NCBI GenBank assembly: GCA_963675785.1
Contig: OY776562.1
Location: 1 to 64,000 of the forward strand
From: Anaerolineae bacterium
GTDB taxonomy: Bacteria > Chloroflexota > Anaerolineae > UBA1429
DNA length: 64,000 bases
Direction: 5' to 3'
Both the position numbers and the translations under genes were made by a program. This document shows, piece by piece, positions 1 to 9,237 of the stretch. How positions within the stretch are numbered: position 1 is the first letter of the stretch; every line of letters starts with the position of its first letter. Under the pieces are notes generated by a model. The model was not told the DNA's origin, made no database searches, and saw only the letters and a list, made by a program, of their open reading frames with translations.

Positions 1-519
1 ACCTTGTGGATGGCCTTTTTTGATTTTTGGCCGCTCCACTATCGCTTGATCGAATCACAGCTGAACGGTCGTTATCCTCGGCATCTCTATGAAGGAGATC
101 AGCCTTTTGTTATAGACCACCCTCTTGGCGCCGCCTTCATGACCCGCACCCATGTTCTGGAAGAAATTGGTTTGCTGGACGAGGGCTATTTTATGTATTG
201 CGAGGAAATCGACTGGTCTATGCGTGCTCACCGTGCGGGTTACAAGATCGTTTGTGTGCCCAGGGCTCATATCACGCATCTGGGGGGACAAAGCGCCAGT
301 CAATTTCGCGACAAGATGTTCGTTGCCCTTTGGAAAAGTCGCTTCCGCCTTTTTGAAAAGCACTATTCTCGACTTTACCAACACTTGGTACGTTGTATTG
401 TACATGCCGGTTTGCGTCGTGATGTGAGGCGAGTTCAGAATTCTCTGCTCGCTGGCGAAATGACCGCCAGTGAAGCCGAGAGCCGCATTCACGCTTACCA
501 CCAAGTTATGGAGATGTAG
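1..519 (+). CDS. GT2 glycosyltransferase, WbbL/rhamnosyltransferase-like (5' truncated by window edge)
   Basis: Motifs GAAFM..R..LEEIGLLDEGYFMYCEEIDWS.RA and HLGGQS are typical of the C-terminal half of GT2_like_c enzymes; the frame is open from the window start. Confidence 0.85.
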   Translation, partial: TLWMAFFDFWPLHYRLIESQLNGRYPRHLYEGDQPFVIDHPLGAAFMTRTHVLEEIGLLDEGYFMYCEEIDWSMRAHRAGYKIVCVPRAHITHLGGQSASQFRDKMFVALWKSRFRLFEKHYSRLYQHLVRCIVHAGLRRDVRRVQNSLLAGEMTASEAESRIHAYHQVMEM

Positions 520-520
520 C

Positions 521-1282
521 GTGGCTTTGATTACTGCTGCTATTCTCGCTCGCGATAGCCAAGACGATATTTCCGAGTGCCTGGAAAGCGTCAAATGGGC
601 TGATGAGATTTTGGTAATTTTGGATTCTCGCTCGACTGACAGAACTGAGCAGATTGCCCGTTTGTACGATGCGCGCGTGTTGCGCAGTACTTTTGTTAAT
701 TTCGCCCAGCAACGGAATTTTGGACTGAAAAATTGCCGCACTGAGTGGTTGTTCTATATCGATTCGGACGAACGGGCTACGCCAGAGCTAGAAAAAGAGA
801 TTCGCCAGCAGATTTATGCTGACGATCACGAGGGCTGGTGGGTACCCCGACGCAATTTCATCTGGGGCCAAGAGATTCGACATGGTGGTTGGTATCCAGA
901 TTTTCAGTTACGCCTTTTGAAGGTGAGCCGGGCGCATTATGACCCAGACCGTCAGGTTCACGAGGTGGTGATTCTCGATGGATCGACGGGTTATCTGGAG
1001 AACCCTCTGGTTCACTATAACTATCGCACCATGCGCGAGTTCCGTGTCAAGCAGCAGCATTACACTGATCTCGAAGCAGATATTCTATTCGAACAGAGAG
1101 TGCATCCCCATTTCTGGACCTATATCACCCAACCACTGCGTGTCTTTGGAAGGCGCTATTTTGGCGATCTGGGTATTCTTGATGGTGTGGGAGGGTTGGT
1201 ACTGAATATTTTGGTGGCCTATTATTATGGCTATATCGTCACGGTCAAGCTAGGCAAGCGTTGGCGGCAAACTCAAGTTTAA
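521..1282 (+). CDS. GT2 glycosyltransferase (beta-1,4-glucosyltransferase/KdtX-like)
   Basis: CLESVKWADEILVILDSRSTDRT, FAQQRNFG, IDSDER, GGWYPD, VHE motifs; GTG start at 521 just after the upstream stop. Confidence 0.85.
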   Translation: MALITAAILARDSQDDISECLESVKWADEILVILDSRSTDRTEQIARLYDARVLRSTFVNFAQQRNFGLKNCRTEWLFYIDSDERATPELEKEIRQQIYADDHEGWWVPRRNFIWGQEIRHGGWYPDFQLRLLKVSRAHYDPDRQVHEVVILDGSTGYLENPLVHYNYRTMREFRVKQQHYTDLEADILFEQRVHPHFWTYITQPLRVFGRRYFGDLGILDGVGGLVLNILVAYYYGYIVTVKLGKRWRQTQV

Positions 1283-1290
1283 GGGTACAG

Positions 1291-1319
1291 AAAAAGGGAC
1301 AGGTGTTAACCTGTCCCTT
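1291..1319. terminator. Intrinsic terminator between convergent GT2 and hpf
   Basis: Stem AAGGGACAGG/CCTGTCCCTT with an A-tract on + (U-tract on - strand). Confidence 0.7.
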
Positions 1320-1333
1320 AAAATTCACGTTGA

Positions 1334-1864
1334 TCAGCCGAGTTGCGGAATCAAGAGCCCATATCCGCTTGTGCGTCGCCTATATACTACTGCAAAGCCG
1401 TCGTGCTCTGCACTATAAAAAGCGAAAAAGTCATGGCTGAGTAGTTCCATCTGGTCGATTGCCTCGTCTACGCTCATTGGCCGCGTGACAAAGGTTTTTA
1501 CACGAATCAGTTCTTCAACTTCGGGCTCTTCCTCAGGAATGAACTCTGGCTGCGAACGCAGGTTCGATTTCCAATGCTTGCCCTTGAATCGCCTGATTTG
1601 CCGCGACATTTTGTCCATTACTGCATCGATGGACGCGTGCATGTCGGAGGTGCTTTCTTCAGCGCGAAGGATAGAGCCATTCACATAGACGGTGAGTTGA
1701 ACTACGTTGCGCTCACCAATGTTCCGAGAATTCTCCACAGAGAGGTCAATGCGGGCTTCTCGAATTTCGCTGAGATAGCGTTCGAGTTTGCCCACCTTCC
1801 TTTCAATGTAGTCTTTCAGCGTGTCTGTAACCTCCAGGTTTCGGCCTTTGATGATGATGTCCAT
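1334..1864 (-). CDS. hpf: Ribosome hibernation promoting factor (long HPF / RaiA)
   Basis: IKGRNLEVTDTLKDYIERKVGKLERY, ASIDAVMDK..RQIRRFK, and C-terminal PMSVDEAIDQMELLSHDFF...VVYRR domain. Confidence 0.95.
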   Translation of the reverse strand: MDIIIKGRNLEVTDTLKDYIERKVGKLERYLSEIREARIDLSVENSRNIGERNVVQLTVYVNGSILRAEESTSDMHASIDAVMDKMSRQIRRFKGKHWKSNLRSQPEFIPEEEPEVEELIRVKTFVTRPMSVDEAIDQMELLSHDFFAFYSAEHDGFAVVYRRRTSGYGLLIPQLG

Positions 1865-1951
1865 CATTCAATCTCCTTTCTTCCAGAGGTACTAACTATG
1901 AGGTTGTTAAAGAGTGGCTGTCGATGCCGCACTGCCATGTTATTGCATATC

Positions 1952-1980
1952 ATGGTATCATGCGAGTAAGGTTGTGTCAA
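1952..1980 (-). promoter_or_regulatory. Sigma70-type promoter for hpf
   Basis: TTGACA-N17-TACCAT with extended -10 TG on the - strand. Confidence 0.6.
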
Positions 1981-2048
1981 CGTATTAACCCATGAAGGAT
2001 TCGTTGGCTTGTTATCAAGCTGACTGCACCTTTTGATAGGAGGGCATC

Positions 2049-2693
2049 GTGTTAGAAAATCTCAAGGAGCTAGTTTTTGCAGCTAATATGGAGCTGCCTC
2101 GCGCAGACCTCGTAACTTGGACGAGTGGCAACGTCAGTGGTCGCGATACCGAGACAGGCCTGGTTGTGATCAAACCCAGCGGTGTGCGTTATGAAGCCAT
2201 GTGTCCCGAGGATATGGTCGTGGTTGATTTAGATGGGCAGGTCATTGAGGGTAAGATGAGCCCTTCGGTTGATACGCCGACCCATCTCTACATTTACAGG
2301 CATCGCCTGGATATCATGGGCATCGTTCATACCCATTCGCCTTTTGCAACTGCTTTTGCCGCGTTGGGCAAACCCATACCGGTTTACCTTACGGCTATTG
2401 CCGACGAGTTTGGTGGGCCGATTCCTGTTGGGGCTTATGCCAAGATTGGCGGTACAGAGATCGGTGAAGAGGTGGTTCGTTCTATTGGCAGCAGTCCCTC
2501 TATTCTTATGAAAAACCACGGTGTGTTTGCAATCGGTGCTTCACCTATTGCGGCCGTCAAGGCTGCGGTGATGACAGAGGATGTAGCTCGCACGGTTTTC
2601 TACGCCCTGCAAATGGGGCTGCCTGATGAAATACCACCCAAAGAGGTTGAACGTGCCCATCGTCGATATGTTGAAAAATACGGACAGCGCTAA
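2049..2693 (+). CDS. araD: L-ribulose-5-phosphate 4-epimerase (class II aldolase family)
   Basis: WTSGNVSGRD, IKPSGV, PSVDTPTH (Asp as in epimerases), HTHS, NHGVF metal-binding motifs. Confidence 0.85.
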   Translation: MLENLKELVFAANMELPRADLVTWTSGNVSGRDTETGLVVIKPSGVRYEAMCPEDMVVVDLDGQVIEGKMSPSVDTPTHLYIYRHRLDIMGIVHTHSPFATAFAALGKPIPVYLTAIADEFGGPIPVGAYAKIGGTEIGEEVVRSIGSSPSILMKNHGVFAIGASPIAAVKAAVMTEDVARTVFYALQMGLPDEIPPKEVERAHRRYVEKYGQR

Positions 2694-4399
2694 TGACCAA
2701 CTATACTGAATTGATTCACGTTGCCCAGCCTCGGCATGATGTTCAAGCGACCTTCCCTGATGGTCGAACGTTTGCGGGCCCTATGGGAATGCCCTTGGCT
2801 GAGTTTATCAAAACAGCTTACCCCGATGTCGAGATTCCCATTGTGGCGGCGCTGGTTCGCGATCGCTTGCGCGAGCTGAGCTACCCCGTGCATGAGGATT
2901 GTACGATAACGCCTATCGATGCTTCGACAGGCGACGGCATGCGTATTTACCACCGTTCGTTGACTTTTGTCCTAGTCACCGCCATGCGTGAAATCTATCC
3001 AGAAGCTCGCGTATTGGTTGATTATTCGGTGACGTTGGGAGGTTTTTATTGTACGGTAGCTGGCCTTGATAATCTTGATGCCGAGAAATTGGCGCGTGTT
3101 GAACAGCGCATGCACGAGATTGTAGAGGTCGACGAACCTATCTTGCGGCAAACTATGTCTTTGGAAGAAGCAATAGCACATTTTTCAGAGCAGGGTTATG
3201 AAGACAAGGTTCGCCTTTTGCGGCATGCCTCTCGTGAAGATGTTACTGTTTATAGCCTGCGCGGTGTCAAGGATTATTTTTACGGATATATGTTGCCCAG
3301 TACGGGCAAACTACGCTGTTTCGCACTCGAACTCTGCCTGCCCGGGTTCATCTTGCGGTTGCCTCGCCGATCTGACCCAAACCGCCTGACGCCGAGTCGG
3401 GATTACCCCAAACTTACGCGTGTGTTCAACGAGTATGGCAGGTGGTTGTGGTTGATGGGAATCGGTGATGTGGGCATGCTCAATGAAGCCGTTGAGAATG
3501 GCGCCATTCACCAAGTGGCGCTCGTTTCTGAGGCGCTCCACGAGAAAAATATCTCGGACATCGCTGATGACATTGTTAAAAAAGCCCAGCGCATCAACCT
3601 CGTTTTGATCGCCGGCCCCTCGTCTTCTGGCAAGACGACCTTTGCTCGACGCCTGGCCATACAGTTGATGGTCAATGGCCTCAAGCCCTTTGCCATTGGG
3701 CTGGATGACTATTTTGTCGATAGGGATAAGACACCTGTCGATGAGAACGGAGAGGTAGACTTTGAAGCGTTGGAGGCCATCAACCTTGACCTATTTAATC
3801 AACAGCTTTTTGATCTAAAAGCTGGTAAATCGGTTCGCTTGGCGCACTTTGATTTCAAGGCGGGCAAGAGCGGCTTTGGAGAAAAAGTATCGCTGACGGA
3901 TGATGCGGTGATGATCGTCGAGGGCATTCACGGTATGAATCCATGTTTGGTAAACAGTCTACCTGAAGAGAGTGTCTATCGCGTATATGTCTCGGCGCTA
4001 ACTCAGCTCAATATCGATCACCATAATCGGGTGCCCACGACGGATACGCGTTTGCTGCGGCGCATTGTGCGCGATGCTCAGTATCGCGGCTATTCCGCTG
4101 AAGAGACGATTCGACGGTGGGAGAGCGTACGTCGGGGTGAGGAAAAGAATATCTTTCCCTACCAAGAGAATGCGGATGTCATGTTCAACTCGGCGTTAGC
4201 CTATGAACTTGCTGTACTCAAGCCCTACGCCGAGCCGCTTTTACTTGCGGTTCCTGCGGGCACGCTCGAATACATAGAGGCGCGCAGGTTGTTGTCCTTT
4301 TTACGTTGGGTCAAGCCGTGGACTGCGGAACTAGTACCGAGTAACTCGATTCTGCGCGAATTCATTGGGGGTTCTATACTACGAGACTTTAGATTTTAG
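2693..4399 (+). CDS. Nucleoside/uridine kinase-like protein with N-terminal TGS and ThrRS/AlaRS-editing-like domains
   Basis: P-loop IAGPSSSGKTT, LDDYF, EGIHG, RRIVRD..RG; N-terminal YHRSLTFVL/DYFYG segment resembles ThrRS N2; TAATG overlap with araD. Confidence 0.85.
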   Translation: MTNYTELIHVAQPRHDVQATFPDGRTFAGPMGMPLAEFIKTAYPDVEIPIVAALVRDRLRELSYPVHEDCTITPIDASTGDGMRIYHRSLTFVLVTAMREIYPEARVLVDYSVTLGGFYCTVAGLDNLDAEKLARVEQRMHEIVEVDEPILRQTMSLEEAIAHFSEQGYEDKVRLLRHASREDVTVYSLRGVKDYFYGYMLPSTGKLRCFALELCLPGFILRLPRRSDPNRLTPSRDYPKLTRVFNEYGRWLWLMGIGDVGMLNEAVENGAIHQVALVSEALHEKNISDIADDIVKKAQRINLVLIAGPSSSGKTTFARRLAIQLMVNGLKPFAIGLDDYFVDRDKTPVDENGEVDFEALEAINLDLFNQQLFDLKAGKSVRLAHFDFKAGKSGFGEKVSLTDDAVMIVEGIHGMNPCLVNSLPEESVYRVYVSALTQLNIDHHNRVPTTDTRLLRRIVRDAQYRGYSAEETIRRWESVRRGEEKNIFPYQENADVMFNSALAYELAVLKPYAEPLLLAVPAGTLEYIEARRLLSFLRWVKPWTAELVPSNSILREFIGGSILRDFRF

Positions 4400-4402
4400 A
4401 AA

Positions 4403-5566
4403 TCAGACCCCGGCAGAGATGCCGGGGTTTTTGTATACCACGGAACCTTCTACCATCGTCAGATCGACAATCCCCTTGTTCCAGATCACCAGATCGGCAT
4501 CCATGCCTGCGGCGATGGTGCCTTTGTGTTCTTGAAGGCCAAGGACGTGCGCTGCGTTTGCTGTGGCCAGGCGAACTGTTTTTTCCAATGACAGCGAAAG
4601 GGCCTGCATTATGTTGTTGATGGCCCGATCGAGAGAAAGAGTGCTGCCGGCCAGAGCGCCGTTTTGCAGACGAGCGATGCCTTGTTCTACGGTTACTGCC
4701 TGTCCTCCCAGATCGTAGATGCCATCTGGCATGCCTGCTGCTCGCATTGAATCGGTGACGAGCACGAGCTTTTCGGCAGGCTTACACTTGAGGGCGATCT
4801 CGATGGCTGCCGGGTGGACGTGGATCAAGTCGGCGATGACCTCCACGGAGAGCGAATCCTGTGTGAGTGCTGCGCCCAAGAGCCCCGGCTGACGGTGGTG
4901 AAATCCTGGCATGCCATTGTAAAGATGAGTGACGTGGCTGAGTCCTGCTGCCACGGCTGCTAGTGTTTGGTCATAAGTGGCAATCGAATGCCCTGCTGCT
5001 ATGGTAATGTCGTGTTCGTGAGCGGCCCGAATGAGCGCCAAGCTGCCTTTGATTTCTGGCGCTATGGTGATGAGTTGCACGCAACCAGAATCGAATAGCT
5101 CGTTATAGGCTTGAGTATCGGGGGCGCTGATAGACTCAGTGGCCTGGGCCCCTGGTTTTTCTGGGCTAATGTAGGGGCCTTCGAGATGTACGCCCAGTAT
5201 GCGAGCGCCGTTCGTGTTTACCATAGCTTGGCGAACAGCCTCGATGACTCTAAGGATCGTCCCTTGGGGCGCTGTCATGGTGGTGGGGAGAAAGCATGTA
5301 ACGCCATGAGCTGCCTCAAAGAGGCTCATTTTTTCTATACTGGCCGGGTCAGCATCCATAGTGTCTACACCAACCGAACCATGCACATGGATGTTGATGA
5401 ACCCGGGCAAGAGCGCTCTTTGTTCGAGGTGAATTATCTTATCCGCAGCAGGCAAGGTTTGGTCTGTACCACAAGCCCGAATGAGTTGGTCATCTACAAG
5501 CAGCCAACCATCTTCAAGAATGCCATCCGGCGTATAGATGCTGCCCCCAACAAAGAGCGTCCTCAT
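4403..5566 (-). CDS. nagA: N-acetylglucosamine-6-phosphate deacetylase
   Basis: PGFINIHVHG, HLEGPY, THLYNGM, DLIHVHP, VTDSM, LAGSTL. Confidence 0.93.
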   Translation of the reverse strand: MRTLFVGGSIYTPDGILEDGWLLVDDQLIRACGTDQTLPAADKIIHLEQRALLPGFINIHVHGSVGVDTMDADPASIEKMSLFEAAHGVTCFLPTTMTAPQGTILRVIEAVRQAMVNTNGARILGVHLEGPYISPEKPGAQATESISAPDTQAYNELFDSGCVQLITIAPEIKGSLALIRAAHEHDITIAAGHSIATYDQTLAAVAAGLSHVTHLYNGMPGFHHRQPGLLGAALTQDSLSVEVIADLIHVHPAAIEIALKCKPAEKLVLVTDSMRAAGMPDGIYDLGGQAVTVEQGIARLQNGALAGSTLSLDRAINNIMQALSLSLEKTVRLATANAAHVLGLQEHKGTIAAGMDADLVIWNKGIVDLTMVEGSVVYKNPGISAGV

Positions 5567-5567
5567 T

Positions 5568-7049
5568 TTATTCCCTGGTTAGCGCTACAAAGCGCGCGTA
5601 AGCTTCTTCCCAGCGGCTGTCGTACATTGGGTCATATTCGGTCACTTTGAAGGATTGCGCTACCACTTGCCGCCCTTCTTGCAACGAGGCCAGTTCTCCC
5701 GAAGCCAATGCTTGCATCAAGATATTGCCGATGGCCGTAGCCTCAACGGGGCCGGCAATGACCGGGCGTTGCGTTGCATCGGCAGCAAGTTGGCACAAAA
5801 GCCTGTTTTGCGAGCCGCCTCCGACGATGTGGATGGCATCCAAACGATACCCCAGCATGAGTTCGAGTTTTTCCAGAACCCAGCGGTACTTGAGCGCCAG
5901 ACTTTCTAGTGCACAGCGCACGATCTGTCCGCGAGATTGCGGCAAATCTTGCCCAGTGCGAACACAGTATTCCTGAATACGCTCGGGCATATCGCCCGGT
6001 TGCAGGAAACAGCTATCATCCGGATCAACCAAAGGCCCAAAGGCAGGCGCTTCGGAGGCCATTTGGGTGATGCTGTTATAGTCGAGATCGACGCCTTCGT
6101 TGGCCCAGGTTCGGCGGCATTCTTGCACAAGCCATAACCCCATAATATTTTTTAGCAAGCGGATCGTGCCGCATACGCCGCCCTCGTTGGTAAAGTTATA
6201 GCGCAGGGTATCCTCATTGATAATGGGGTCGCAAGTTTCTACACCCATGAGCGACCAGGTACCCGAACTGATATAAGCGTAATTGGAAATGGATGCGGGT
6301 ACTGCTGCTACGGCACTGCCGGTGTCATGACTGGCGGGGGCAATCACTGGCACTTGTGGCAAGCCTGTTTCATCCGCTAAATCGGGGAGTAGCGTTCCGA
6401 CAACAGTGCCTGGCTGGATGATCTCTTCAAAGATGGATGTTGGGATGCCCAGTCTACCGAGAAGGTCGTAAGCCCAGGTGCCCTGGCGAGGATCGTAGCA
6501 TTGCGTTGTCGAGACGATCGAATATTCAGCAGCCTTAATGCCAGTCAGCCAAAAATTGAGTAGATCAGGCATCATCAGTAGCGATTGTGCCATCTCTAAT
6601 GTGGGGTCCCCGGAAAGCTTCATGGCGAGGAGCTGGTATAGCGTATTGATCTGCATAAACTGGATGCCGGTCTGCTCAAAGATCTCTTGGCGGGAGACGA
6701 TCTTGCAGGCGGTTTCAACCATGCCGTTGGTTCTTCCATCGCGGTAATGATGCGGGTTGCCCAACAGGGTATCTTTGGGACCAATGAGTCCAAAATCAAC
6801 ACCCCATGTATCCAGGCCTATGCCGGCCAAGTGATGTTTATTTTCTTTGGCGTACAGTGCCATGCCTTTGCGGATTTCGGCATACAGCCCCAAAGGATCC
6901 CAGTAAAGGCTGCCGAAAACAGGTGTGGGGCCGTTGGCAAAACGATGCACGACCTCTAGCGAAATCTGTTCGCCGTTGAACCGCCCGACGATCGTGCGGC
7001 CACTTTCGGCGCCCAGGTCGATGGCCAAATAATCAGTTGTTGCGTTCAA
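5568..7049 (-). CDS. rhaB: Rhamnulokinase/L-fuculokinase (FGGY family)
   Basis: AIDLGAESGR, DTWGVDF, YRDGRT, INTLYQL, HDTGSAV, SSGTWSLMG, FTNEGG, NIMGLW. Confidence 0.85.
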   Translation of the reverse strand: MNATTDYLAIDLGAESGRTIVGRFNGEQISLEVVHRFANGPTPVFGSLYWDPLGLYAEIRKGMALYAKENKHHLAGIGLDTWGVDFGLIGPKDTLLGNPHHYRDGRTNGMVETACKIVSRQEIFEQTGIQFMQINTLYQLLAMKLSGDPTLEMAQSLLMMPDLLNFWLTGIKAAEYSIVSTTQCYDPRQGTWAYDLLGRLGIPTSIFEEIIQPGTVVGTLLPDLADETGLPQVPVIAPASHDTGSAVAAVPASISNYAYISSGTWSLMGVETCDPIINEDTLRYNFTNEGGVCGTIRLLKNIMGLWLVQECRRTWANEGVDLDYNSITQMASEAPAFGPLVDPDDSCFLQPGDMPERIQEYCVRTGQDLPQSRGQIVRCALESLALKYRWVLEKLELMLGYRLDAIHIVGGGSQNRLLCQLAADATQRPVIAGPVEATAIGNILMQALASGELASLQEGRQVVAQSFKVTEYDPMYDSRWEEAYARFVALTRE

Positions 7050-7075
7050 GATTCACTCCTGTCGCCTGAAGCCAC

Positions 7076-7984
7076 TTATTCACTAAACTCAATCTCAACA
7101 GGCTGTTTTCTGCGAGGGAACTTGATCATATCGTTCACCAGGGCTAGGCCTATCACGATGAGCACCAGTGCGGCGAAAGCGTTCCATCCGAGCACTTCGT
7201 CTAAAAACAGCTTACCCCACAGGATGCTAAAGAAGGGGATGACATAAGACGTGAACGAGCTACGCGTGGCCCCGTAACGGTGAATGACACCATAGTAAAG
7301 GAGATTCCCCAGAGCAGTATGAACGACGGCGAGGATGATGGCAATCCATATCGCCGATGCCGTGATATCTATTGCCCAGGGCTTTTCGAGTAGAGCTAGG
7401 GGAACCAATACAAGCGACGAAAAAATGGTTTGCCCGGTAACGCCCACAAGCGGAGAAAATCCAGTCAAATGTCTGCGAATGTACAGTGTACCTGTAGCAT
7501 AACAGGTAGAAGCCAAAAGAATCGCTACGGCCCCCTGCCAGGCGATGGGTTCGCCCCCCCCCATCTTGGGAAGCATGAGCACCAAGATTCCACCAAAACC
7601 GACCACAACACCTACAAGGTGTGCCCAGGTGGCCTTTTCGGTTCCGCTTATTGCAGCCAGAATAAAACACATCAAAGGCATAACAGCATTTAGAATGCCG
7701 ACGACGCCAGAGGGCAGATACTGCGTTCCCCAACCGATGGCGGCAAAAGGGATACCCAGGTTAATAATACCGACGAAAACGAGATGCTTGGTAAGCTGTT
7801 TTGACCAGGGAATGCGCTCGCCTTTGGCGCGCAAATAACCCCAAAGCACGATGGCCGCCAACACGACGCGGATGGCTCCCAGTGTAAAAGGCGGCATGCC
7901 TGCCACGCTGATTTTGATGAGCGTGAACGAAGAGCCCCATAGTGCACCGAGGAGAATAATCCAGGCCAGGTATGCGAGTTCCAT
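7076..7984 (-). CDS. DMT/EamA family transporter
   Basis: About 10 hydrophobic helices, LWGSSF, two EamA repeats. Confidence 0.88.
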   Translation of the reverse strand: MELAYLAWIILLGALWGSSFTLIKISVAGMPPFTLGAIRVVLAAIVLWGYLRAKGERIPWSKQLTKHLVFVGIINLGIPFAAIGWGTQYLPSGVVGILNAVMPLMCFILAAISGTEKATWAHLVGVVVGFGGILVLMLPKMGGGEPIAWQGAVAILLASTCYATGTLYIRRHLTGFSPLVGVTGQTIFSSLVLVPLALLEKPWAIDITASAIWIAIILAVVHTALGNLLYYGVIHRYGATRSSFTSYVIPFFSILWGKLFLDEVLGWNAFAALVLIVIGLALVNDMIKFPRRKQPVEIEFSE

Positions 7985-8063
7985 GGTCTCCAATCACGAG
8001 GCTAAAAGGAACAACAATATGCGAGACATTATATCATTGTGGCATGAGGTGCCAAAGCTACAC

Positions 8064-8840
8064 TTAACGCTGGCCAATCAACGCGGCAGATTCCCGATCA
8101 AGATACAATGTAGCGTTAGGGCGCCCCCTCATGGCAGTAGCAGGGCAAGATATATTGATTTTCTCATGTAATGTACTTTTAATAGCCGACGCTTTGGTGG
8201 TGCCCGGGACCACACAGAAAATATGGCGAGATGACATAAGCGTTGGCATCGTCAGAGTAATAGCCATTTGAGGTACCTGAACGAGGCTTTCAAAGGCGCC
8301 ATCGTGAACCTGCTGCATCCGGCAGACTGCATCTAATTCCACCAGTTTAACCGCAAAAGGGTCATCAAATTGAGCGACGTGTGGATCGTTAAAGGCCATG
8401 TGGCCGTTTTCGCCGATGCCGGCACACACGATGTCGATGGGCTCTTCTGCGAGAAGTCTGGCATAACGATCGGCTTCGCGCTTTGGATTCGTTGCCGCGC
8501 CGTTCAGATATTCGACTCGACCTGGCGAGACCAATGCAAAGATATGCTCTTTGAGATATGTGCCAAAACGCTGTGGTGCATCGTCGGCCAGTCCGACATA
8601 TTCATCCATGTGAAAAGCTTCAACGCGGTTCCAATCAATGCCTGATTCTTGGGCCAGCGCAGTCAGCATCTCATTCTGGGAGGCAGCGGCTGCAAAGACG
8701 ATACGTGCTTTGTCTCTGTGTGTCAGGATTTCTCTCAAGCACTTGGCGATATCGCCCGCAGCGGCCTTGCCCATGTCGGTCCTATCAGCATAGATTTCAA
8801 CCTGCAATTGTTCGATCTTGAATTCACGCAACATTTCCAT
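8064..8840 (-). CDS. nagB: Glucosamine-6-phosphate deaminase-like (NagB family)
   Basis: FHMDEYVGL, GIGENGHMAFNDP, AITLTMPTL; start set at the ATG after a GGAG RBS. Confidence 0.8.
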   Translation of the reverse strand: MEMLREFKIEQLQVEIYADRTDMGKAAAGDIAKCLREILTHRDKARIVFAAAASQNEMLTALAQESGIDWNRVEAFHMDEYVGLADDAPQRFGTYLKEHIFALVSPGRVEYLNGAATNPKREADRYARLLAEEPIDIVCAGIGENGHMAFNDPHVAQFDDPFAVKLVELDAVCRMQQVHDGAFESLVQVPQMAITLTMPTLMSSRHIFCVVPGTTKASAIKSTLHEKINISCPATAMRGRPNATLYLDRESAALIGQR

Positions 8841-8921
8841 GGTGCAGTCTCCTCCAATTTGTACTGGATGATGCCTCATCCCCGGCGCACAGTCAACCGT
8901 AACTTTTTGGCTAGTACTATC

Positions 8922-8950
8922 TTGCGTCAGAGAGCGTATCATGCTATAGT
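8922..8950 (+). promoter_or_regulatory. Promoter of the T-box/thrS leader
   Basis: TTGCGT-N17-TATAGT with TG extension. Confidence 0.55.
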
Positions 8951-8959
8951 TTCATTATA

Positions 8960-9206
8960 AGCGTTGATCAGGAAGAGTAGTTGCAGGTTTGGACCATAGA
9001 GAGTGGGGATCATCGGGTGCAAGTCCCCTGGTTCATCTGGAATGAAAACCGCCTGAGAGTGGGCTTTTGAAAGGGCAGCATCGAGTATAAAGCCACGGCT
9101 GGCACCGTTATCTGCCAATCATGAGCGTGTCATCTCTTGGGATGATGCGGAAACCGGGTGGAACCGCGTGAGATAGCCCTCTCGCCCCAGTGCGAGAGGG
9201 CTTGTT
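8960..9206 (+). promoter_or_regulatory. T-box riboswitch (Thr) upstream of thrS
   Basis: AGTAG and AGAGAG boxes, GGTGCAA, specifier GAAA-ACC (Thr codon, 9048-9050), T-box AACCGGGTGGAACCGCG (9152-9168), terminator stem AGCCCTCTCGC/GCGAGAGGGCT followed by T-rich run. Confidence 0.93.
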
Positions 9207-9237
9207 GTATGTCAGCATTTCGGTACGGAGGTGTACC

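Noticed and set aside
55-741. Long antisense ORFs (also 32706-33590, 36336-37190, 37918-38607, 44940-45665, 28684-29394)
   Set aside because: They lie opposite well-supported genes and have no recognisable motifs; shadow ORFs
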